A stretch of 63,376 bases of DNA, counting the filler, from Octopus bimaculoides (lineage: Eukaryota), in assembly GCF_001194135.2 (NCBI RefSeq). It is 7 parts of 5 records of this genome, joined end to end, with 100 filler letters (N's around TTAATTAATTAA, not from the genome) between each part and the next. Parts side by side here need not be neighbours in the genome. Positions count along the whole stretch, not along the records: positions 41,623 to 58,551 come from NC_068991.1; positions 58,652 to 61,101 come from NC_068987.1; positions 61,202 to 63,376 come from NC_068987.1; 4 more parts are not named here. One strand, given 5' to 3'. This document shows positions 51,961-63,376 of this stretch, piece after piece. Position 1 is the first letter of the stretch. Every line of letters starts with the position of its first letter. The position numbers and the translations under genes are program-made. The notes below the pieces were generated by a model. That model did no database searches. It saw nothing but the letters and a program-made list of their open reading frames with translations, and was not told the DNA's origin.

Positions 51961-54900
51961 TATTTGTATCTGTTAGCAGTCTTGATGATGCAACTACCAA
52001 TGCCATCATGATTTCTAACATTGGCACCATATACCAAGCACTTAAGCACAGAATTAAATTTTTCGCAAAAGATAACACTTCAACTGTGAAACTGAATTTC
52101 ATGGTTATTCCAGTAATGATGTTAAATATCTACCAAAAAATACAGCATTGGTATTTCTGCATGTCATGTTACTTGAATAAACTTGACATATCCCAAGGAA
52201 AAGATACTTTCATGCACAACATTCTTCAACAAAAGATAGATTGGTATATAAAACTGCTTTCCATTGTTAAGGGTTATGAAATTTTGAGTGGATATAGCTG
52301 ATTTTTGCAGTAAAAGGGTTAATTAAATTCCACTTGAGTTAAATCTGCCTGTCATCAGTTCAGAGGTCAAAAACAAAAGTACCAGTCATATTATAAGACA
52401 GGTGATAAAATCAGTGTTCCCATTTCCTGTAAATTTATGGCTCTTCACTAAACTTCATCATTATTGTTGTTGTTATGAGGGTATTTACAATATGAATCTA
52501 GCGAGTATACAACCCTGTTTCAGTTGAAAGCATTTCACTTAACACTACCACTGTTACTCTCTAGAAAGGTATGAGCTTCATAGCTTCCAGTTGGTGAGGG
52601 GAGATCTTTGAGGTGATACCTTTTGACAAAAGACATTTTGAATACAATGACAAGTGGAGTGAAGTAGTAGAAGCCAGGCTAAATGCTTTATACTATTCAG
52701 TTACATCCATTAGTGAAGACAGGTAACTTCGTAGTCAAGGTATTTGGCTCATGATCATAAAGTTGTGAGTTTGAATCCTGGTGGCGCATTGTATCCTTAA
52801 GTAAGACACTTTATTTTCACAATGCTCCAGTTCAATCAACTTGCTAAATTGAGTTCCACCTGTATTTCAAAGGGCCAGCTTGTGTTGCACTGAATCTCCA
52901 TGAGAACTATGTTAAGAGTATGCATGTCTGTGGAGTGCCCAGCCACTTGCACATTAAGCCCATAAGAAGGCTGTTCCATTGATTGGATCAACTCAGATCC
53001 TTGTCAGCATAACTGACAGAGTGCCAGTTACCCTTTAGTGTTTTAAGTTCAAATCGTTCCTGCATTGGCTTTGTCTTTCATCCTTGTAAGGTTGTTTAAA
53101 ATTAAGTAGAAATGATGTCAATTCAATAAACAAGTCTGTGGCCTTGTGCCAATGTAGGAAGTCCTTGCTGATTTGTAGAATGACCAACTATGTGAACTGT
53201 TTCAATTATATCTCATTTCCTACCTCACCACTCAGAGTCTATTCATCATTACACAAAGTGAGGTTCATCTTGATCTTTCATACCTCTAGTTTCAATTGAT
53301 AAATATAAACTTGGGATTAATTTGAATCAGCTCTGCTATATTTTTGATATTTGTGGAACGATTAAAACCAGTCAATCCCAGGATATAATTGAATGTGGAT
53401 AACTATTGCATAACATTTATAATAATAATATTGGTTTCAAATTTTGGCATAACATCAGCTAATTTAGGGGAGGGGCTAAGTTATTTACATTGACCCCGCC
53501 ATTCAACTGATACTTATATTATCAATCCCAAAAGGATGAAAGGTAAACTCGACCTCGGTGGTATTTGAACTCAGGACGTAAAGACATGAAATGTCACTGA
53601 GCATTTTGGCCAAAGTGTTAAAGATTCTGCCATCTCACCACTTATAATGCTGGTTTCTAACACGGGCACAAGAGTAGGAATCATGGTGAATGCTATAGTC
53701 CATTATTAAAGTACTTCATTAATATTTATTTTGCTGATCCAGAATGATAAATGGTCAACCCTTTGCAACTCAGAGTTGCCAGTTTTTTGTTTACTTGTGG
53801 TGGTGGTGGTGGTGGTGGTGCTTTTTTTTTTTTAACTAATATTATTAAATGCAATTATTAATAAAAGCTTCATCATATATTTATTTCTGAAAGAGAATTC
53901 CAATACACTTGTCTATAGTTCACCATGGTTCGCTGCAGTTCAGAGATCTTTAATGTTTTAGACACAAATTCAACTAATGCTTCTAAGCTAAAATAACTAA
54001 CCCATTGTTATGAGATACATAAATAATAAAGGTATTGTTATTTGAATGTTTATAAAAAAAAAAAAATCAGAATTTCAATAGATGGAAAATTACATATATT
54101 TTTTTAAGAGATTGACCCTTTTGTCTTTCTATAGTACTGCAATGACAAGCCAGCCTATTGGCCTGCTTGTCCTATTAGGGTTAAGCGTAAATAAGATGAA
54201 CACAGAAATTGAAAGCTCTGAAAACACAGAATATATATATATATATAATCATTAGGTTTGATCTTAATGCAAAAGAAAGAACTACTTGGCAGAGACAAAA
54301 CAGTCTGCATTGATGAAAACTTTTCCATTCTTCCATCACCTATAATCTTAGTAAAACATTTAAATTAACATAAATTAGTGTATGTGTGTGTATATATATA
54401 ATTATATATATATATATACACTTAAACTTTTTTTGTTTTTGTTTTTTTTAAGGAATTAAACATTTGTGCATTTTAGATCTTCTGTCAAGCCTCCACAATG
54501 TCATGTGTGTCAGCTTTCGAGCATATTCTGTAAGACTAAAATGGTGCTTCAGTTTAGTTGGTTTTATGGATTGTTCCCCCTCCCCTTTTTTTCCACATTC
54601 AAATATGTGGGGCAGGATGTACAGAGTTGGGAGTATGATAGATATTTCACGGTGTGTGCATGTATATACATATATATATATAATATATANNNNNNNNNNN
54701 NNNNNNNNNNNNNNNNNNNNNNNNNNNNNNNNNNNNNNNNNNNNNNNNNNNNNNNNNNNNNNNNNNNNNNNNNNNNNNNNNNNNNNNNNNNNNNNNNNNN
54801 NNNNNNNNNNNNNNNNNNNNNNNNNNNNNNNNNNNNNNNNNNNNNNNNNNNNNNNNNNNNNNNNNNNNNNNNNNNNNNNNNNNNNNNNNNNNNNNNNNNN

Positions 54901-55268
54901 NNNNNNNNNNNNNNNNNNNNNNNNNNNNNNNNNNNNNNNNNNNNNNNNNNNNNNNNNNNNNNNNNNNNNNNNNNNNNNNNNNNNNAATGTGCTATGTATA
55001 AGCTTATTTAAATGTATATTCCTTGATATTTCCACTCACCCCTTCCTCAAAATTTTCTTTCTCATATACATATATATAATTTTGTTTCGGTTCAATTATT
55101 TCAGAGAATTCTTTAATAAAAAGGTCTTATTTAAATGAAAATTAAACTGAAAAATAAAGAACAAACTGTAATTCTCTAGACTCCATTGATTTCACCACCA
55201 CCACCACCACCATCACTACCATTATACCTTTATCTGGATATTATTAGAATTTAAGCATATAGGATTAC

Positions 55269-55299
<31 letters not shown>

Positions 55300-55648
55300 A
55301 TGTATATATATATGTTGGGTTTTTTTTCTGCAGGCATGTGTGTTTGCACATGTGCATGCATGTGTGTATGAGTAGTCATAGCAGTATTAGTAAGAGCTTT
55401 ATATGTCTTAGCACTAAGAAAGAAGAGTGTACTCAATTTTTTCAAGTTAGTAGAATGGAAATATGTATTTGATAGTGTGTGATCCTATCAAGGAAGTGCC
55501 CATTTCACAGGCCTAACTGACACCAACTAGGCCCATGAAACAGACAACCTCTCCATGGACTTCGTGCTATCAAAATGAAGTATGTACTCAATATAAGTGT
55601 GTATTGAGTCCTCATTTGAACTATGGTCTTCCAGACAAATACTGGATG

Positions 55649-55685
<37 letters not shown>

Positions 55686-55687
55686 TG

Positions 55688-55723
<36 letters not shown>

Positions 55724-56929
55724 CATACTGAGAAAGTCAGTCTAACTTAATTTCTACTTCAACTACTTTCTCAAAGTGCTAAGGTACATTTGAATTTCTC
55801 AATTTGAAAGATATATATATATATAATATTTGGTTATTTATTTGTTTTAGTAAGAAAGGTAAATTATTATTATTATTATCATTATTATTATTATTAACTG
55901 AATTTTCCTGTACATGCCATCAAACATAAAAAAAATGTGATAATCTTTATATCAATGTGGTGTTTTTTGTTAATTTCATATTCACTGCTCTTCAGTTTTC
56001 ATTTGCACCAGGTTTTCACCACACATATATCATCATCATCAATCATCTTCATCATTTAACGTCCATTTTCCATGCTGACATGGGTTGGATGGTTTCACAA
56101 GAGCTAGCCAGCTGAAGAGCTACCCAGGCTGCATGTCTGTTTTGGCATGGTTTCTATGGCTGGATGTCCTTCCTAAAGCCAACCACTTTACAGAATGTAC
56201 TGGGTGCTTTTATGCACCACCCGCATGGGCACTTTTACATGACACCGGCAATGGTACTTTTTACATGGTCCCAGCACCCATGAGCATGCAAGCTTAGGAT
56301 CACTCAGCTGAAGAGATGTAGGAGATATGCTTGTATGCAAGGACAACCATTCAAATTATCTTGTTTGCTAAAATAGGAGGAACAGTGCTCAACACATATT
56401 CTAGAATGTATTGTTTGTTTCTTTACTGAGAAGCATTTGACTTTAAAGTCGACAATTACTCGCCACAACTTAAAAATCAAAAATTCAAAGTAAACCTAAT
56501 GATAATAAAGGCAAAGAAATTCAGTTTAAACATGCATATATATATGGGTGTGTGAATGTATATATATGTATGTGTGTGTGAAAGTGCATGGCTCAGTGGT
56601 TGGAGTGTTAGGCTTACAATCATAAGAAGTGAGTTCAATTCTTGGACCAGACTGTGTGTTGTGTTCTTGAGCAAGACACTTTATTTCACGTTGCTTCAGT
56701 TCACTCATCTGTAGAAATGAGTTGCATTGTCACTGTTGCCAAGCTGTATTGGCCTTTACCTTTCCTCTGGACAACATCGGTGGCATGGAGAAGGGAGGCT
56801 GGTATGTATGGGTGACTGCTGGTCTTCTATAAACAACTTTGCCTGGACTTGTGCCTCAGAGGGGAACTTTCTAAGTTATTCATAACCAAAGGGGGTCTTT
56901 TCTTTCTATATGTGTGTGTGTATGTTTAA

Positions 56930-57149
56930 CCCTTTCATTACTGTATTTATTTTGAGATGCTCTGTGTTTCTTTCAATTAATTTAAATATAACAAAGAATT
57001 TAGTAAAATAACTTAGTTATTTTTAAGCTAGTGTTAGGAACATAAATTGTGACTAAAGTCTGGTGGAAGATTTTAATTCAAAACTTATGAAAACAAAACA
57101 TTTGTACTCAGAGCCAGAGCTGGTTTCAGCCAGGTTGGTAATGAAAGGG
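56930..57149. mobile_element. piggyBac-type MITE, 220 bp
   Basis: Perfect 12-bp TIRs CCCTTTCATTAC / GTAATGAAAGGG flanked by TTAA on both sides. Confidence 0.88.
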
Positions 57150-57807
57150 TTAAACATGTATGTGTGTGTAATCAGTACAATATCATGCATGGCATGTCAC
57201 CAGTAAATTTAGGGCTCACTATTCATCAATTCTCTGCAGTCGACTACAATGTAAGTTTGATCATCACATCTAAGGATAAGCTAAAAGACAAAGTTTGACC
57301 TATATTACATAACAAGTAAAGCAGAAAACATTTTAAAACTTTTATATAAACTTATTTCAATGAGTTAAATTACCCACCTCTTCAGTTCATTGGTGAAAAA
57401 AGTTTTGCCAATGTACTGAAGAGATATGCAATTAACTCATTGAAACATGTATATAAAGGTATAAAAATATCAAAATTGCTTCTGCTTTACTCTCACTATA
57501 TATATATAGTTCAAATTTACAGAAAACAAAAAAACAAAGACACGTGAGAGAACAACAAACAGGTGTATTAGTTTGATGCTCAGGAAGAATGGAAAAGTCT
57601 TCAACGTTTTGAGCCTATGCTCTTTGACAGAAAGAGTTGAGATAAAAAAATGGAGAGAGAGCAAAGAAAAAGAGAGAAAAAAGTGTGTAATGATTAATGG
57701 TTCACCATGATAAAATGTATATATATGTACAGTAGTACCTTGGTTTTCAAAAAACTCTGATCAGGAATAAGTCATAATTTATATATATATATATATATAT
57801 ATAGATA

Positions 57808-58115
57808 TCATCATCATCATCATCGTTTAACGTCCGCTTTCCATGCTAGCATGGGTTGGACGATTTGACTGAGGACTGGTGCAACCGGATGGCTACACCA
57901 GGCTCCAATCTAATTTGGCAGAGTTTCTACAGCTGGATGCCCTTCCTAACGCCAACCACTCAGAGAGTGTAGTGGGTGCTTTTACGTGTCACCCGCACGA
58001 AAACGGCCACGCTCGAAATGGTGTCTTTTATGTGCCACCCACACAAGAGCCAGTCCAGGGGTACTGGCAACGATCTTGCTCGAAAACCCTACAAGGCCAG
58101 TCAGGCGGTACTGAA
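57808..58115 (-). mobile_element. LINE-3'-end/SINE with (GAT)n tail; second copy about 56030-56310
   Basis: Both copies read catcatcatc..ttaacgtcc..ttccatgct..catgggttgga..ggctggatgcccttcctaa.gccaaccact on the + strand. Confidence 0.7.
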
Positions 58116-58256
58116 AGCACAATTTATTCATGATCAGAGGCAGTCGTAAACTGAGGTACTACTGTATTCAATGAATATAAGAAAGACAGGAGATAAAGCA
58201 CGATTTATTTGTGATCAGACCTGTTCAAAAACTGAGGTACTACTGAATATATATAG

Positions 58257-58551
58257 GAGTGGCTGTGTGGTAAGTAGCTTGCTTACCAACCACATGGTTC
58301 CGAGTTCAGTCCCACTGCGTGGCACCTTGGGCAAGTGCCTTCTACTATGGCCTCGGGCCGACCAAAGCCTTGTGAGTGGATTTGGTAGACGGAAACTGAA
58401 AGAAGCCCGTCGTATATATGTATATATATATATGTATGAGTGTGTGCATGTTTGTGTGTCTGTGTTTGTCCCCCCAACATTGCTTGACAACCGATGCTGG
58501 TGTGTTTAGGTCCCCGTAACTTAGCAGTTCGGCAAAAGAGACCGATAGAAT
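58257..58551 (+). mobile_element. SINE, GGAGTGGCTGTGTGGTAAG family (other copies 8969-9140 minus, 12047-12310, 14506-14763, 15071-15490, 28455-28632)
   Basis: Near-identical ccaaagccttgtgagtggatttggtagacggaaactgaaagaagcccgtcg body followed by an internal TA/TG tract and the tail ccagcatggccgcagtcaaatgactgaaac. Confidence 0.88.
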
Positions 58552-58799
58552 NNNNNNNNNNNNNNNNNNNNNNNNNNNNNNNNNNNNNNNNNNNNTTAAT
58601 TAATTAANNNNNNNNNNNNNNNNNNNNNNNNNNNNNNNNNNNNNNNNNNNNTATAAATTTACACATAAATTTACAATTTGAGGCTATAAACCTCTTACTT
58701 TACAGTTTCAATTTCAACTGTCTTTGAAATGAGGCACTTGCCTCTTCCACTTTTCTTTTCATGGACCACAAGCCCTTTCAATATGAGGCACTCGTCCTC

Positions 58800-59100
58800 T
58801 TACATTTTACCGCCCGACCAGACTCCGTGCTTCACTTAAGCACCTCGCTGGTTCTTCATCGGGCAACTTTAGCAAAAATCGGAAAGTGTCTTTAGGGAAG
58901 GAATTCATCACCATGCACAAGTCTGTCTCCCACACGACCTCCGCAGTCAGCTGCGGAGGCCAGCTAGGGTCCTTGGTACAGGTGAGGATCCCTCTCGTCC
59001 GACCCTTCCTGGCAAACCTTTTTACAAAATTCTCAACAGACCCTCCCTTGTGGAAGAGGGCCACAAATTCCTCCTCCTCATAGGTCGAGGCCTCAGTTTC
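58800..59100 (-). other. GC-richer ORF remnant (EEFVALFHKGGSVENFVKRFAR...), possibly retroelement gag/ORF1
   Basis: 85-aa open frame, no splice signals and no recognised domain. The assignment is a guess from composition. Confidence 0.25.
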
Positions 59101-59341
59101 TACTTACCACACAGCTACTCATGCGCCTGTTAACGTTTCTCTTTTTTTTTCTCGTTATTGTTATTTTTCTTGTGTTTCCTTACTGAGTAGCCATGTTATT
59201 TGAGCCTGGACGATTGCCATATCTTGCAAATCATGCTATAAACGCCCTTCCGATTACTTTACTATCAAAGCGTTATGTATAACCCCTGTATATGTGTGTG
59301 TGTGTATCGGTGTGTGTATCGGTGTGTGTTTGTGTTTATGC

Positions 59342-59389
<48 letters not shown>

Positions 59390-60510
59390 NNNNNNNNNNN
59401 NNNNNNNNNNNNNNNNNNNNNNNNNNNNNNNNNNNNNNNNNNNNNNNNNNNNNNNNNNNNNNNNNNNNNNNNNNNNNNNNNNNNNNNNNNNNNNNNNNNN
59501 NNNNNNNNNNNNNNNNNNNNNNNNNNNNNNNNNNNNNNNNNNNNNNNNNNNNNNNNNNNNNNNNNNNNNNNNNNNNNNNNNNNNNNNNNNNNNNNNNNNN
59601 NNNNNNNNNNNNNNNNNNNNNNNNNNNNNNNNNNNNNNNNNNNNNNNNNNNNNNNNNNNNNNNNNNNNNNNNNNNNNNNNNNNNNNNNNNNNNNNNNNNN
59701 NNNNNNNNNNNNNNNNNNNNNNNNNNNNNNNNNNNNNNNNNNNNNNNNNNNNNNNNNNNNNNNNNNNNNNNNNNNNNNNNNNNNNNNNNNNNNNNNNNNN
59801 NNNNNNNNNNNNNNNNNNNNNNNNNNNNNNNNNNNNNNNNNNNNNNNNNNNNNNNNNNNNNNNATGTTAGGGGAAGAGAGTAAGTTAACTAAGAACAGAA
59901 ACCTAGTCCCAACTCTTAACAGTGTTATTAGTAAAAATTAGCTACGCCCAATGTGATGATATTGAATCTGAATAATATTGCACTCGTAAACAGCCCCCCT
60001 CTATCTGCCTCTCCCTTTCTCTATTTCTTCCCTCCCTCTCTCCCTCTTTCCCTCTTCTTGTGAGCATGCTTGTTTTTGTATGTGTATGCATGTGTGTGTG
60101 TGTGTATGTGTGTGTGCGTGTGCGTGTGCGTGTGTGTGTGTGTGCGTGTGTGTTTAAATTCATTTTATAAATTGGGATTTGGTTTTGAAACTAAGGAAGA
60201 AGATCCGTCATTAAAATTTCATTATCAATAACAGTATGGCTGAGACAAAGACAAACAATAATCTCTATTTTTATGCAAGTCAATTACTAACTTTACTTAA
60301 CAGATTATATATATATTAATCATATATAATATTTAACCAAAACTATTCGCAAACATCGAAATATATATACGGCCAGCGATACATCGAAATTTGGTCGGGA
60401 AAACCGTTAGAAAATGTGTCTCACACTCATGTAGTCAATTGTCAAGCACAGATCATGGAATATTTTCCTCAATTCACAGACGAAAACAAGTGATGTTTGC
60501 TTATTTTCAG

Positions 60511-60540
60511 TGTAATGTGTATGAAGCACACATAAACCAG
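60511..60540 (+). CDS. 30-nt internal exon candidate (CNVYEAHINQ)
   Basis: Acceptor gtttgcttattttcag and consensus donor CAG|GTAAGT. Only phase 0 is stop-free. Protein not recognised; could be UTR. Confidence 0.55.
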
Positions 60541-60908
60541 GTAAGTGGTTTACTGTTAAAGAAGTGTTTATAAATAACTGAATGTTTCTTTTTACTTTTT
60601 AAGTATATGAGCATCTAATGGGTTATACAAACGCCATTATACAAAAAAATAACTATTTTCTTCTCACTGATTGTTGGTTATGTTATATGTATGCATCTAC
60701 GCATATATATATGTGTGTATAAATATGTATGTGTGTACGGATTCAATTACATATATATTACTGCAGTAAGTACATGGGTTATTTGATTACTTCATTCGTC
60801 AATGGCTCACAAACTTGAATAATTATTTGATAATTGTCTTACAGTGCTCTGTGATACGGTATCATAGGCGTGAGGATTGTAATACGACTGTAACAGTTTT
60901 TCTTGCAG

Positions 60909-60932
60909 TTCTCGGTTCGTCATCTGCTGTTG
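60909..60932 (+). CDS. 24-nt exon candidate (FSVRHLLL in phase 0, or xLGSSSAV in phase 1)
   Basis: Acceptor gtttttcttgcag, weaker donor TTG|GTAAAG, length a multiple of 3. Confidence 0.35.
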
Positions 60933-60981
60933 GTAAAGAAGCAGTTTTAGTTCGTTGATCTGTAAAGAAAACAGAAGATAA

Positions 60982-61023
<42 letters not shown>

Positions 61024-61201
61024 TTTTCTTCCTTTTTTTACCAAAGAAACACAAACACACACACACACACACACAATATATATATATACATATATATATA
61101 TNNNNNNNNNNNNNNNNNNNNNNNNNNNNNNNNNNNNNNNNNNNNTTAATTAATTAANNNNNNNNNNNNNNNNNNNNNNNNNNNNNNNNNNNNNNNNNNN
61201 N

Positions 61202-61242
<41 letters not shown>

Positions 61243-61374
61243 GTGTGTGTGTGTGTGTGTGGTGTGTGTGTGTGTGTGTGTGTGGTGTATGTCTGTGTGC
61301 GTGTATTAGGGAATTGCTGGAATATTGAGAGATAGAGATAAATGGATGGATAAGAAGCTAGCTTGCCAGATAGA

Positions 61375-61454
<80 letters not shown>

Positions 61455-61487
61455 CAGACATACAGACTGACAGACATACAGACTGAC

Positions 61488-61528
<41 letters not shown>

Positions 61529-61585
61529 TATAGATAGATAGATAGATAAAATGATAGAGAGATAATGGATCGACAAATCGATCGG

Positions 61586-61625
<40 letters not shown>

Positions 61626-62028
61626 CGGGACCGATGATTATGGAAGAGTGAAAGGAAGAGATAAAGTGAGGTAAAAGAAATGGCGAGAGAGACAGAGAGA
61701 AAAGAAAGAAAGAAAGAAAGAAAGAAAAAATAAAGAGTGTTTTATATAGTTATATTGATAGATCTAGAGAGAGAGAGAGAATGATATAGAATGAGAATGA
61801 GAGAGCTAGATACATGCATATACGTAGGAGAACGCAAATATATAACGCAGGGATATCTCTGGATATCCTTCACTCCACCTCACCTTTTAATAGCCCTCAT
61901 CTTTCTCTGTCTATTTGTTTATATCTCTGTGTGCGTGTGCGCCGTTTATATAGGGTATGTGTGTATATATACATCTGTCTCACTCTGTTGCTCTTTTGTC
62001 TGTCTGTCAGTCTGCCTAAGTATACATT

Positions 62029-62086
<58 letters not shown>

Positions 62087-62951
62087 TAATTACATTTTAC
62101 CATTAAGCTGTAATTAGCAGAACCATATACACGCGCACCTATGGCGGTGGGCAACTTTGTATGGGGTTCTGATGATTATGGTTCCATTACAAATCAGGCT
62201 GAAGAGAAATAGACAGTCGGTAAGATTGTTANNNNNNNNNNNNNNNNNNNNNNNNNNNNNNNNNNNNNNNNNNNNNNNNNNNNNNNNNNNNNNNNNNNNN
62301 NNNNNNNNNNNNNNNNNNNNNNNNNNNNNNNNNNNNNNNNNNNNNNNNNNNNNNNNNNNNNNNNNNNNNNNNNNNNNNNNNNNNNNNNNNNNNNNNNNNN
62401 NNNNNNNNNNNNNNNNNNNNNNNNNNNNNNNNNNNNNNNNNNNNNNNNNNNNNNNNNNNNNNNNNNNNNNNNNNNNNNNNNNNNNNNNNNNNNNNNNNNN
62501 NNNNNNNNNNNNNNNNNNNNNNNNNNNNNNNNNNNNNNNNNNNNNNNNNNNNNNNNNNNNNNNNNNNNNNNNNNNNNNNNNNNNNNNNNNNNNNNNNNNN
62601 NNNNNNNNNNNNNNNNNNNNNNNNNNNNNNNNNNNNNNNNNNNNNNNNNNNNNNNNNNNNNNNNNNNNNNNNNNNNNNNNNNNNNNNNNNNNNNNNNNNN
62701 NNNNNNNNNNNNNNNNNNNNNNNNNNNNNNNNNNNNNNNNNNNNNNNNNNNNNNNNNNNNNNNNNNNNNNNNNNNNNNNNNNNNNNNNNNNNNNNNNNNN
62801 NNNNNNNNNNNNNNNNNNNNNNNNNNNNNNNNNNNNNNNNNNNNNNNNNNNNNNNNNNNNNNNNNNNNNNNNNNNNNNNNNNNNNNNNNNNNNNNNNNNN
62901 NNNNNNNNNNNNNNNNNNNNNNNNNNNNNNNNNNNNNNNNNNNNNNNNNNN

Positions 62952-63005
<54 letters not shown>

Positions 63006-63336
63006 AACTCACGCACACGTGTGTGCATACAAACACGGACACACACATACCATACACACACGCATGTTCTTTTAATCCTGTATTGGTTCCAACCAATTGA
63101 TTTTGGCCATAATGGGACCACTGAATGAGCGAGAAGGAGACGGAGAGAGAAACAGAGAGGGGGAAGGGAGAGAGAGGGAGACGGAAAGAGAAACAAAGAG
63201 GGAGAGAGAGAGAGAGAGAGGAAGGGAGAGGGAGAGAGAGATAAAAAGAATTACGTGCTAACATGATATTTATATATCAAAGAAAATAATTCGTTTCGGT
63301 TGCATATGTATCTATAAAATATAAATGTACGAATTC

Positions 63337-63376
<40 letters not shown>

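Noticed and set aside
51960-52140. Minus-strand open frames (EKFNSVLKCLVYGANVRNHDGIG..; a TGA-interrupted frame suggesting selenocysteine)
   Set aside because: No coherent splice sites, no recognisable selenoprotein motif and no SECIS seen.
52600-52725. Protein-like frame GEIFEVIPFDKRHFEYNDKWSEVVEARLNALYY
   Set aside because: Bounded by stops, no compatible acceptor, no recognised family.

Overview
Repeat-rich animal genomic DNA, most likely an octopus (inference from the cephalopod-type mitochondrial gene order in a NUMT, a molluscan troponin C and the SINE families). The window is not one contiguous locus: six identical 100-bp spacers (44 N + TTAATTAATTAA + 44 N) split it into seven segments (1-7398, 7499-28315, 28416-34808, 34909-41522, 41623-58551, 58652-61101, 61202-63376) whose true adjacency is unproven. 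Supported genes are fragments: the 5' exons of a troponin C gene (+; 1507-1548, 2073-2097, 5222-5365), one 72-nt LRR exon (-; 40449-40520) and two short + strand exon candidates (60511-60540, 60909-60932). A decayed ~5.1-kb NUMT (nad5-trnH-nad4-nad4L-trnT-trnS2-cob; 34909-40010) carries a SINE with a 10-bp target-site duplication and appears to lie in an intron of the LRR gene. The rest is SINEs, remnants of Penelope-like, HERO/R4-like, RTE and L1/Tx1 retroelements, a piggyBac-type MITE and many microsatellites. Almost all ORFs in the supplied track are microsatellite or N-gap artefacts. I found no convincing new biological system. The best leads are the layered NUMT, a CpG-depleted segment holding a chain of small minus-strand exons with no continuous ORF, a candidate microexon pair and a candidate H/ACA RNA. 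All family assignments are from recalled motifs; no database search was run.
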